Source: Escherichia phage SR02. Taken from it: a stretch of DNA of 64,000 nucleotides. Location of the stretch: sequence record OQ870566.1; one strand, 5' to 3'. The position numbers and the translations under genes are program-made. Below, piece after piece: positions 1-8,828 of the stretch. The notes beneath the pieces were generated by a model. That model did no database searches. It was not told the DNA's origin and worked only from the letters and a program-made list of their open reading frames with translations. Each line of letters opens with the position of its first letter. The stretch's first letter is position 1.

Positions 1-1492
1 AAGAGTAGTGACCAAGACTGCCTTCGGAAGTTTTAACATCGATATCACCAAATGCTTCAGATTTTCCATCACTCATCAGTCTGTATGTTGATTGGAAAGT
101 AGCAGACCCTCTAACAACCCCTGATACTTTATATTCAGACGATATTAAACCACCTTTCGCATACACGTTAGGTGTCGCTGTAGTATCACTGTTAATAACA
201 CTCCAAGAAGTATTAGCAGCAACAAACCCACCATTAGCACGAATAGTCCAAACACCAACAAAGTTACGAGGTACTACCTCAGAAGGGGAGCGACCATAGA
301 CAGAGCTAGAACGCGATGCGTTAAAGTTTGTGGATATATATTTACCCCCTGTCCCTACTGGAGCAACATTATCAGTAGAAGTGATTGATTGGAGTGCCCC
401 ATCAGTTGCCACTTGCCCAGGAGCAGAGGCGAGAGTTATCATTGTGTGAGGAGATGCGTATGTGATATTTGGTGCACCAGACTCTGATACAACCCCATTG
501 CTACCAGAAGAGCCAGCATCACCTCTCCCGAAGAGTCCTTGAACAGAACCGACCTGAACACCATTTCGGTCAGGGACGCGGAAAGTGGTTGTGCCGTTAC
601 CTAAAGAGTATTTACCTCGTTGGGTTGCGTCACTCAGCCAAACAGAATCGCTAATAGGGGTTAATAGTTGAGCGTAAGCCCACAAGTCTGGATAATCCGC
701 ACGGTTCAAAAGCTGTCCGTCAGACACTACTTCAAAAGCTGGAATAAAAGCTCGACTGTCACGTAAATGGAAATCACCAATACCGAAGTTAGAGATACCA
801 CTCATCGTAGGGCCGCCAGAACCGCCACCACTGTTTCGAAGCTGTCTCAAAGTGACTGCATCATAATCACCAACTGCATCAGGGACAGTTACTGGTTGAG
901 TGAAAGTAACTTTCTGTGTGAGCTGCTTGATATCAGAGTTAATCCCTGTACGAGTAACACCGATAGTCCGGCCTTTGGAGTCTTTAACATAAGAACCAAT
1001 CGCAGCGAAAGGTAGGTCATCAATCTCAGGACGATAGCGTTTAGAATAAACAGGGTACTTAGTTTCTACCCCAGAGTCATTCTGGTCAACAACCTGAAGA
1101 CGACCAGCAGAATGAATCTCTACACCTTGAACTGAAGAGGCATAACTACCAATCTTGATTGAGTTATCAGTAGTAACTTTCATCATATCCACAGACTCTA
1201 CACCATTAGCACCAGTAGAGCGGAAGGGGGTATCGTTCACAACCCAGAGATCTTCTCGGAACAAAGCACCAGACATAATAGGTTGAATTGAATCCAGCAC
1301 AAAATCCTTAGATGCGCCTTCTGTTTTAGTCTGGTATGTAGCAGCTGCGTCAGTTTTCTGTAGATACTTTCCAGTGAGGTCAATAGCCCCTGCCTGTCCA
1401 TCTACGGTAGAAACACCAACAACAGCCGCATCTCTGGTTACAACCACATGAGGCATCATTATACCAGATTTGGGCATTAATTCTCTAGCCAT
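1..1492 (-). CDS. tail fiber protein with tail-collar-like domain; partial, C-terminal part lies beyond window start
   Basis: Minus-strand ATG at 1492 with GGAG RBS; manual translation (MARELMPKSG...) continues to position 1; contains IPAFEVVSDGQLLNRADYPDLW...TFRVPDRNG, matching the phage tail-collar signature. Confidence 0.6.
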   Translation of the reverse strand, partial: MARELMPKSGIMMPHVVVTRDAAVVGVSTVDGQAGAIDLTGKYLQKTDAAATYQTKTEGASKDFVLDSIQPIMSGALFREDLWVVNDTPFRSTGANGVESVDMMKVTTDNSIKIGSYASSVQGVEIHSAGRLQVVDQNDSGVETKYPVYSKRYRPEIDDLPFAAIGSYVKDSKGRTIGVTRTGINSDIKQLTQKVTFTQPVTVPDAVGDYDAVTLRQLRNSGGGSGGPTMSGISNFGIGDFHLRDSRAFIPAFEVVSDGQLLNRADYPDLWAYAQLLTPISDSVWLSDATQRGKYSLGNGTTTFRVPDRNGVQVGSVQGLFGRGDAGSSGSNGVVSESGAPNITYASPHTMITLASAPGQVATDGALQSITSTDNVAPVGTGGKYISTNFNASRSSSVYGRSPSEVVPRNFVGVWTIRANGGFVAANTSWSVINSDTTATPNVYAKGGLISSEYKVSGVVRGSATFQSTYRLMSDGKSEAFGDIDVKTSEGSLGHYS

Positions 1493-1507
1493 TTAAATCT
1501 CCTTAAA

Positions 1508-1523
1508 GCTCCCCGAAGGGAGC
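1508..1523 (-). other. intercistronic stem-loop with UUCG tetraloop (GCUCCC-UUCG-GGGAGC)
   Basis: Perfect 6-bp inverted repeat between the two fiber genes, directly upstream of the RBS of the gene starting at 1492; no long U-run. Confidence 0.4.
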
Positions 1524-1532
1524 ATTGTTAAT

Positions 1533-4175
1533 TTACTTAGAAGGCATTTCAACACGAACCGAAATGAACGCATCCTTAGGAATGTCAACAGGGTCTCCGT
1601 CAGAAAAACCTTCCAACTCGTTTCTAGCAAAAGATGGGGATGTTGAATGGGTTCTATGATAAGTTTTAATTAAAAGAGAACCATCCTCTTTAACCTCATA
1701 ATCCAACCAAACTCTAGGCTGTTTGTTACGATCTATTGGGATTTCAAAACCTCCATCTACCCCACCCCATCCTGCATCAGAATTAAGACCAAGGCACCCT
1801 AAAATTAAATAAACCCCGGTGGAGACTTTCTTAACACTAACTCCATCGGATTGTTCATTTGTTTCAAAACTTCCGTCATGGAATACCTTAACTATTGGTG
1901 ACGCTGCTTTAATAAAACCGTTGACGTCAACAGTTGTATTTACAGTATCGTATATCGTCCTTGAGGTCCTCCACCCACTGCCTGCTGCACCACCAAAAAC
2001 TTTTATCTTACCGGCAGACTCAAACGGAATACTTATCATACTGTATGTGTCTCCTGCCCTAAAGAAGAGGTTTGAGGAGTAGTTCCATATATCCCAAGGT
2101 GCTGCTATTTGTTGGTTATTCCTAAACACACACAGCCCATAAGTGTCAAGTCCAGCAAGAAGTTGGTCTTGTGAAGTAGTATCAAAAACAAGAGCACCAT
2201 CAGGTCTTCCAATTCCAAAATCACCAACCTTAAGAACATTACCGCTGGTAGTTCCAGTGTTTAGAGTAGCTGAACTCCCCAACCCTAGGTTAAACCTTGC
2301 ACCAGCAGCATCCCCAGCACCTGTCCCACCGCTAGCAATAGGGACGTTATCTAGAGTAGAAACACTCCCAAGACCTAAGTTGGAACGAGCACCAGCAGCA
2401 GTAGTTGCTCCAGTACCTCCATTGGCTACGGGTATATTGTTTAGTGTGGACACTGAACCCAAACCGAGATTGCTTCGTGCACCAGCAGCATCCTTAGCTC
2501 CTGTACCCCCTTGAGGAATACCAAGAGCAATAAAACCGCCATCTGTTACGTTCTGGCACCCCCAAGAACCACCAGTATTGTCAACATAAACACGACGGGC
2601 ATAATCAGGAGAATATATCAAAGTCTGCGAGTTGTCTTGTTGAAATCTTTCAAGATTCAGGTTTGCCCTAGCTTCAGATGGAGTTTTCCCTCCTGTACCA
2701 CCCTGAGCGATAGAGAGAGCTGTAGTGAGTCCTGTCAGGGATGTTATATCAGAGTTTGCACCAGAAGAAGCTGCTCCCAAGATAGATCTGGAGAGGGTTA
2801 CGTTCCCTGTAATCTCATCAGGAGCTTGATTATTTACCGTGACAACATAAGGTTTCTGAGCCTGTACAGACCCATTGTATTGAGAATCTTTATCAGAATC
2901 TGGTGCTCTTATTGCCTCCCCTCCAGTCCAATCAGGAAGTCGAATATTGATGAAATTAGTAGAATCCGCATCAGTAATCCCATCTGCTAGCTTACCCCAT
3001 GAGAAATATTGTTTAGACCCTGCTTGCCATTCAGTTTCAGAGACTACAGGAAGCTGACCACTGACAAGAGATGGGCCTAAGTCGAGAGCAGATTCTTTTG
3101 ACACTAGACGACCGTCCGCAGGAAGAACTCCTGGGTAGGAGATATTCTTAGTTGGGTCATAAGGGAACATCACCATTTCACCAAGGTACAAAGAGGGGTT
3201 CCCTGTTGGAATGGTGATATCAATGTTGCCACTGGAGTCTGGAGAACGGGAGTTAACGGTAAGGATTCTACCTTCAGTTTTAACAGGAGTTAGTGTTTTG
3301 TTAGCAGCAACAGTATAGAATTCATACTTAGTAGCTTCCCAAACTAAAACTTTCTCACCTACTTGACGATACTGAGCATCAGCATCAGCTTCTGCTTTTG
3401 ATTGGTATGTCTTGGTAGTCTTGTCAAATTTGTCATTAATCTCTTGACGACTGTACTGAGCAACGTTCAGAACATTCCCTAAACCTACTGTCTCTTTGTT
3501 GATTGTTAGAGCTACCTCTCCATCAAGAGCTGGTCCCCCATTAACAGAAACAGAACGAACAGATGGGATTAAGTTAGCAATATTCTCTAGAGTAGTTTTA
3601 TGGACGGTATTGTCATCTTTGTCAACATAGAAACCCAAGTCACCTAGCTCTGGAACACCTGTAGGTGCTGTATCTAAGTCTTTAACAGAACCATCTTTTC
3701 CGGGTTCACCTTCTGGGATACCTAAAGAAATTACACCAGTGTTAGGATTAAAAGAACCAGTAGCCGGAGTTCCCGGAGGGAGGGTTGTTACATCAACAGA
3801 CATTCCTAACAGAACATCAAGCTGCTTCTGGACTTCAATGAGTTTCTGGTTAATCAGGGCGACTGCGTTATTTGCATCAGAGACTGCTGCGTCAGTTTGA
3901 GCAATTAATGTCATTAGACGAGCATCTTGATCTTTAAAGTCCTGTTTAAGATCTTCAATATCTTGCTTCATCAGAACACCCTGTTGATACAGACGTTCTA
4001 CTTCAGCGATCAAGTCATCAATTGTACCAAACTTAGACTCCGCTAGCAGTGCCCAATATTTGGAGTCAGCTGCATATTCTGCTGCTTGCTTGTAAGCTCC
4101 GATAGAGCCTTCCGTAGCACCAAACTGCCCAACGTTATTCACTGCATCAGGTGCTTGGTTATTATAAACGATCAT
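1533..4175 (-). CDS. tail fiber / receptor-binding protein (880 aa)
   Basis: Long ORF with AAGGAG RBS; N-terminal coiled-coil-like region; three tandem Gly-rich repeats (AAGARSNLGLGS...); position in late block next to another fiber gene. Confidence 0.7.
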   Translation of the reverse strand: MIVYNNQAPDAVNNVGQFGATEGSIGAYKQAAEYAADSKYWALLAESKFGTIDDLIAEVERLYQQGVLMKQDIEDLKQDFKDQDARLMTLIAQTDAAVSDANNAVALINQKLIEVQKQLDVLLGMSVDVTTLPPGTPATGSFNPNTGVISLGIPEGEPGKDGSVKDLDTAPTGVPELGDLGFYVDKDDNTVHKTTLENIANLIPSVRSVSVNGGPALDGEVALTINKETVGLGNVLNVAQYSRQEINDKFDKTTKTYQSKAEADADAQYRQVGEKVLVWEATKYEFYTVAANKTLTPVKTEGRILTVNSRSPDSSGNIDITIPTGNPSLYLGEMVMFPYDPTKNISYPGVLPADGRLVSKESALDLGPSLVSGQLPVVSETEWQAGSKQYFSWGKLADGITDADSTNFINIRLPDWTGGEAIRAPDSDKDSQYNGSVQAQKPYVVTVNNQAPDEITGNVTLSRSILGAASSGANSDITSLTGLTTALSIAQGGTGGKTPSEARANLNLERFQQDNSQTLIYSPDYARRVYVDNTGGSWGCQNVTDGGFIALGIPQGGTGAKDAAGARSNLGLGSVSTLNNIPVANGGTGATTAAGARSNLGLGSVSTLDNVPIASGGTGAGDAAGARFNLGLGSSATLNTGTTSGNVLKVGDFGIGRPDGALVFDTTSQDQLLAGLDTYGLCVFRNNQQIAAPWDIWNYSSNLFFRAGDTYSMISIPFESAGKIKVFGGAAGSGWRTSRTIYDTVNTTVDVNGFIKAASPIVKVFHDGSFETNEQSDGVSVKKVSTGVYLILGCLGLNSDAGWGGVDGGFEIPIDRNKQPRVWLDYEVKEDGSLLIKTYHRTHSTSPSFARNELEGFSDGDPVDIPKDAFISVRVEMPSK

Positions 4176-4184
4176 ATTATCTCC

Positions 4185-4937
4185 TTATACACGAGAAGTA
4201 CGAATACCATAAATATCAGGCAAGCTGCTCTGAAGTCGAGTCATGTTATTCGGAATTGCGATAGGTGAACCTGAGTACTCTTGTTTCTTATTCTGCTCTA
4301 CCATTTCATCAAGGATAGCTTTTCCTAATGCTGACCATTTCTGAACACCGTTATCATCTTGAACAAATAAGCAAGCATGACGTAGAGTGAAATACAGAAG
4401 AAGTTCTGGTGCAATAGTAAGGATAGCACTGGTATCTGCATCTTCATGGAATTCCGGTGGGTCTGCATAATAGCTAAGAATTACTGAGTTTTCTGCTGGA
4501 ATCAAAGGACTTCCATCATCAGGGTAATACGGAGTATCTGCTTCGATACTAGGGTAGAAAATGAAACGACTCCCGAAACGAGCAAAGTTAACAGGTTGGT
4601 TATTCCAGTGAGATGGGCTAATTGTTCCATGCTGTCTCCGATAGCTAATCTCTTCAGGAGAGGTTACTTGGAAGATTGTACCATCTTTGGCTCTCATCAT
4701 CCATTGAGCTTCTAAGTAATCAGGAGGAATATAAGCTACTCCATCTTTAATATCTAAATACACTTCTTTTTCCAGAGGAGGGATACGTAAGTTACGATAA
4801 ATCTCTTTCTCTGCAAAGTTAATAAAGTTTGGAATTTGATTAACAAATTCGTCATCGTCCCTATCTGCCCAGAGGGCCACGGCCTTCTTTAGCCACCCAT
4901 AGGTATTGATGGGGTATTGAACATCTGGCATTGCCAT
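4185..4937 (-). CDS. hypothetical virion protein (250 aa)
   Basis: ORF in late minus-strand block; TAATGTATA motif on the same strand about 34 nt upstream; no recognisable domain. Confidence 0.5.
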   Translation of the reverse strand: MAMPDVQYPINTYGWLKKAVALWADRDDDEFVNQIPNFINFAEKEIYRNLRIPPLEKEVYLDIKDGVAYIPPDYLEAQWMMRAKDGTIFQVTSPEEISYRRQHGTISPSHWNNQPVNFARFGSRFIFYPSIEADTPYYPDDGSPLIPAENSVILSYYADPPEFHEDADTSAILTIAPELLLYFTLRHACLFVQDDNGVQKWSALGKAILDEMVEQNKKQEYSGSPIAIPNNMTRLQSSLPDIYGIRTSRV

Positions 4938-4970
4938 AGGTTGTCCTCCTTGTTATATGTAGACAAAGAA

Positions 4971-4979
4971 TATACATTA
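4971..4979 (-). promoter_or_regulatory. candidate phage-sigma promoter element TAATGTATA
   Basis: Exact 9-mer on minus strand upstream of the gene starting at 4937; same 9-mer recurs at 48977 and 56403 (plus) and 56343 (minus). Confidence 0.4.
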
Positions 4980-5036
4980 CACACTAGCTTGTATAGGTCT
5001 TAAAACAAGAAAAGCCACCCGAAGGCGGCTTTATTC

Positions 5037-6311
5037 TTATGCACCAGATTTAACAATATAAGTACGGAATATTGTAGAAGCTGGGTCAGTTCTCATTGTT
5101 ACTTTAGTGTCTTCACTAGTGATAGGAGCTGACAACGTGATTGTCAATACCTGACCAGAAAGAGACAATTCCATCAAACCTGCATCAGTACCTTCTACAT
5201 CATACATCAGTTTGCCGGTAAGAGCACCCTGAGGTACACCATCAAAACGAACAACACCCGGTTGAGCTGGGTCAGTGATTGTGATGGTATCTGTAGCAAG
5301 TGGGTTTTCTGGAACACCTACAACAACTGTATTAGTTACTTTTGATGCAACAAGTCCCATCAGCTTAGGAGTCGCAGTAAAACTGCACGTTGCTTGAACA
5401 GAAGGTACAGTTTTATGGACAGCTTTAACTGAAATCATTTCATCACCCGGATCAAGAGCAAGTGTCACATCACCATCAGCTGGGTCAATAGTACCTGCTT
5501 CTGCTGGAGTAATTGTGACAGTGTAATCACTAGGAGAGGAATTACCAAAGAGGAACATAACACCGAAGTTTAACAGAGAACCACCAACCTGAGGTGGTAG
5601 CTCACTAGCCCTAATGTCAGGCTTAGGAACTACACCGTTAACGTTAGCTGTTGCTGTAACAGAAGTTTGAACCTTATGGGTTGCTTTAACCTCATAGTTA
5701 CCACTAGCATTGTTAGTCAGGGTGAGAAGTCCGGTGTTAACATTCATAGAGGTGTTAGTGTTAGGGGTTACGACATAATTAAACTCAGAAGCTGGTTTGT
5801 TACTAGTGAACATTTCAGCAAATGTTACCGTATCTTCTCCAATTTTACCAGTAACTGTTTTACCAGTAATGGTAGCTTTAGCAGTAACTCCTGTAAAGGT
5901 TACAGTGGCCTCTACACCAATCTGAGTTTTGTGAGTAGCTTTAACAGTTACTGTCCCAGATGCGTTATTACTTAGAGTAAATACACCCGCTGTACTTACA
6001 GATCCTGCTGAAGTGGGGGAAACAACAAAAGAATAATCTTCTGCTACTGAGTTAGTTGCTGTAAACATTGTAGTGAAAGCTGTGGTGCTGCCACCCACTT
6101 TCCCTGTGATATTAGCTTTAGCTTCAATAGTGGCTGGCTCAAAAACAGACTGAACTGTAGCTGTCCCTGTCTTACCACCTTTAGTTGCCGTAATAGTTGC
6201 TGGGGTTTCTTGCGACGTACTCGGTGCAGTATATAGCCCAGAAACAGAAACGGCCCCACCGCCTTCAACGGACCAATTAAATCCAGTTGTGCTTGTGGAG
6301 CCGTCGCTCAT
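5037..6311 (-). CDS. Ig-like domain repeat protein (candidate head decoration); probably also made as a -1 frameshift extension of the capsid protein
   Basis: Thr/Val/Gly-rich beta repeats with recurring TLTNNASG...VKATHK motifs; weak RBS at its own ATG; reading frame stays open upstream into the capsid gene 3' end. Confidence 0.6.
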   Translation of the reverse strand: MSDGSTSTTGFNWSVEGGGAVSVSGLYTAPSTSQETPATITATKGGKTGTATVQSVFEPATIEAKANITGKVGGSTTAFTTMFTATNSVAEDYSFVVSPTSAGSVSTAGVFTLSNNASGTVTVKATHKTQIGVEATVTFTGVTAKATITGKTVTGKIGEDTVTFAEMFTSNKPASEFNYVVTPNTNTSMNVNTGLLTLTNNASGNYEVKATHKVQTSVTATANVNGVVPKPDIRASELPPQVGGSLLNFGVMFLFGNSSPSDYTVTITPAEAGTIDPADGDVTLALDPGDEMISVKAVHKTVPSVQATCSFTATPKLMGLVASKVTNTVVVGVPENPLATDTITITDPAQPGVVRFDGVPQGALTGKLMYDVEGTDAGLMELSLSGQVLTITLSAPITSEDTKVTMRTDPASTIFRTYIVKSGA

Positions 6312-6394
6312 TTCTGCTGTAGCTGTAAACTGCTGAGTAGCCCCCGTCGGAAGGCTTTCAACCGACGAAGGACTAACAGTTACGGTATCTACTG

Positions 6395-7456
6395 TTACGC
6401 CGCCGCTACCTTTCCCGCAGCAGTGAACAGAACGCCGGAAGCATACGGGTTGCGGTGACGCAGACCAACTTCCATCTCAATCATCCACTTCTCGTAAGAA
6501 CCATCTTTCGCCAGTTCAGTACGTTTCGGAGCACGCAGAACCATCTGGGTCCAGTCAGCGCTACGGAAGAAGTAAACTGCATCGGTAGGCATCCAACGGT
6601 TAACGATGATTTTGTAGCTCTGGCCCAGCGGGTCAGTGATGCTGTTAACTTCGTAGATGAACTGCTTGGTGTTCTCAAAGATACGCTTACGTGAACCCTG
6701 AGTATTTTCTTGCAGGCCAGCGAAGATCTTAGCATGAGCTGGGTTAATCATGATGATATCTGCTTCAGAACCAGCGGTGTACAGTTGCAGAGTCATATCA
6801 AAGATATCAGCTTCATCAAAACCAATGTTAGTGGTCGGGTTAGAAGCATTCTGTGCAACTTTAACAGTTACTGCACCAGTATCCGGGTCAGCAGGACCAT
6901 TCTTGGTTTTGTCAACAACAGCACCAGCCAGACCACCGTGAGCACACAGGAACTGGAATGCACCAGTCTTACGAGCTGCATGGGTGTCGTTCAGCCCAAC
7001 AGTTGCAGGATCAGTTGCAGAGTTAGTCAGGTATTGGTCAGCCAGAACGTCGGTACGAGCCTGACCGGACAGAAGGATTTTCTCGAGGTCACGCTTGATC
7101 TCTTTACCTTTCTTCTCCAGCTGATACATCAGTTCACGACCACGACCGTAGTTAGCGGTGGTGTTAGCGGTATCAGAAACTTTAACAACCTTACGCAGAA
7201 TCTGAGTAACGTTGGACTTGATTACGGTAGGTTGCATTTCACCATCAACCGCACGAGAACCTTCAACGTGTGCGTTATTAGCGTCAACGCTTGCCAATGC
7301 ATCGGTCTGCCAGCTAAAGATAGTCTGGTTGATAGACTCTTTACCGGTCATAGATACGAACGGAGTATCCTGAGGGGACAGAACAGAAATCCAGTTAGCA
7401 AAAGAAAGTTTTTTACCATTCTGGTCATACGATACAAATAAAGTTGGATTAGCCAT
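6395..7456 (-). CDS. major capsid protein (353 aa)
   Basis: GGAG RBS; located directly downstream of an acidic scaffold-like gene and upstream of the Ig-like ORF; assigned by size and position, not by a recognised motif. Confidence 0.65.
   Translation of the reverse strand: MANPTLFVSYDQNGKKLSFANWISVLSPQDTPFVSMTGKESINQTIFSWQTDALASVDANNAHVEGSRAVDGEMQPTVIKSNVTQILRKVVKVSDTANTTANYGRGRELMYQLEKKGKEIKRDLEKILLSGQARTDVLADQYLTNSATDPATVGLNDTHAARKTGAFQFLCAHGGLAGAVVDKTKNGPADPDTGAVTVKVAQNASNPTTNIGFDEADIFDMTLQLYTAGSEADIIMINPAHAKIFAGLQENTQGSRKRIFENTKQFIYEVNSITDPLGQSYKIIVNRWMPTDAVYFFRSADWTQMVLRAPKRTELAKDGSYEKWMIEMEVGLRHRNPYASGVLFTAAGKVAAA
6410..6416 (-). other. candidate -1 programmed frameshift slippery heptamer G_GGA_AAG
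   Basis: Canonical X_XXY_YYZ heptamer in the capsid frame, 4 codons before the capsid stop; the -1 frame is open for 457 codons; hairpin AACAGU...ACUGUU 13 nt downstream. Confidence 0.5.
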
Positions 7457-7497
7457 GTTATGTTAGCTCCTATACTATTAAATAATTAATTTGTCGA

Positions 7498-8583
7498 TTA
7501 ATCTACGAGGAATTTGAATGCGTCTTCGTGACTAACGCGACCCTCTGCGAATGCCTTGGCAACCTTAGCGTTGTCTGGCTTATTGGAAGTACGAGACTTT
7601 GCAGCATCAGACTTCACAACCTTGCGTGGAGCACCGGGACGTTTAATCTTAGCCATCACCTGCTGCTTACCTTTATCAAATTGGTATGCTTTGTGGAGAG
7701 CTAGGAAAATGGACGGACGGTTTTCCTTCAATACTTCTTCTTCAGTAGCACCTAAGTCAATTGCGTATTGCATTAAGTTTTGATATAAGTTTTCATCCCA
7801 ATTTGGAATCTCACGTTTCAGAATATTAACACATTCAATGCTCTTGGCTTGGAAAGCTTCCTGCTCTTTAGCTGCTGCTTCCTGCTTAATACGGACCTGA
7901 GCCTGTTCAAGCTGGTTACGACGAGCTGTGTACTTCTCTAGGAAACGTTTGTTTTCAACATATGCTTGAGGATCTTCTACTGCAAGCTTGTCCCAATCAA
8001 AACCGTTGTAATCTTCAATTACTCGGTCTGCTTCTAAAGACGCTAATTCTAATACATCCTTCAAACCTACTACACGTTCCTCAAATGCTTCCATGTGACG
8101 CTGAAGAGTTGTTTCTCGTTCAGTCATGTCAGCACCAGTAAGATAGCCATTGGAGAGTTCTTCAATAGTCATCTCACGTCCATCAGGAAGGGTGATAACG
8201 GTTTCGTAGTCTACATCAAAGATTTCACCTTCACCATCAGCAGAATCATCTTCATATCCTGCATCGCTTGAGTCTTCCTCTTCTGCTTCAGTGTTTTCAT
8301 CACCTTCATCAGAGTCATCCCCATCTTCTTCGACTTCGCCTTCCTCATCATGATCTTCCCAACCATCTTCATCTTCGAACTTAAGCTCATCGCTTTCACC
8401 GAGAAGGTCGGTATCAAAGTCAAATTCGTCACCGGTTTGTTCCGGGAACTCATCGTCAATGTCCACTTCTGGTTCTTGTTCAGATTCTAATCGACCAAGC
8501 TCTTCTTTAAAAGAACCTTTCAGGTCATCCAGTTGGAGGAAAGATTTAAAATCGTTCGGGTCAATATAATTATCTTGTGGCAT
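7498..8583 (-). CDS. scaffolding protein (acidic, helical)
   Basis: 361 aa, very rich in Asp/Glu, predicted helical C-terminal half; sits between portal and capsid genes. Confidence 0.55.
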   Translation of the reverse strand: MPQDNYIDPNDFKSFLQLDDLKGSFKEELGRLESEQEPEVDIDDEFPEQTGDEFDFDTDLLGESDELKFEDEDGWEDHDEEGEVEEDGDDSDEGDENTEAEEEDSSDAGYEDDSADGEGEIFDVDYETVITLPDGREMTIEELSNGYLTGADMTERETTLQRHMEAFEERVVGLKDVLELASLEADRVIEDYNGFDWDKLAVEDPQAYVENKRFLEKYTARRNQLEQAQVRIKQEAAAKEQEAFQAKSIECVNILKREIPNWDENLYQNLMQYAIDLGATEEEVLKENRPSIFLALHKAYQFDKGKQQVMAKIKRPGAPRKVVKSDAAKSRTSNKPDNAKVAKAFAEGRVSHEDAFKFLVD

Positions 8584-8819
8584 TATGAAACATCTCCTGC
8601 ACTATTGATAGCAGCTTTTATGACCTCTTTTAAGCTACCCACCATTTTATATTTTTGATAACAATCTTCGCGTTTCTTATTCTCATGAGGTTCAGTTTGA
8701 ACTATCTCTGTCATGAGTCTTTCTTTCAATGCCTCTAATGCTGCGTCAAGACTGCCGTTAAGATTGAGAGCCGCCAAAGCGGCGGCGTGCTCTTTATTGA
8801 ATTGATGCCTAATGTTCAT
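8583..8819 (-). CDS. hypothetical protein (78 aa)
   Basis: Start overlaps the stop of the downstream gene (ATGA); lies in the late operon. Confidence 0.4.
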   Translation of the reverse strand: MNIRHQFNKEHAAALAALNLNGSLDAALEALKERLMTEIVQTEPHENKKREDCYQKYKMVGSLKEVIKAAINSAGDVS

Positions 8820-8828
8820 TCGACGTCC

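Noticed and set aside
1819-2990. Three plus-strand ORFs (87, 123 and 159 aa)
   Set aside because: Antisense to the 880-aa tail fiber gene; Pro/Ala-rich mirror of the Gly-rich repeats.
6710-7441. 243-aa plus-strand ORF
   Set aside because: Lies entirely antisense within the major capsid gene, has no RBS and low-complexity composition; treated as a shadow ORF.
8211-8459. 82-aa Met/Lys-rich ORF in an alternate frame
   Set aside because: Embedded in the scaffold gene; composition is an artefact of the acidic-repeat coding sequence.
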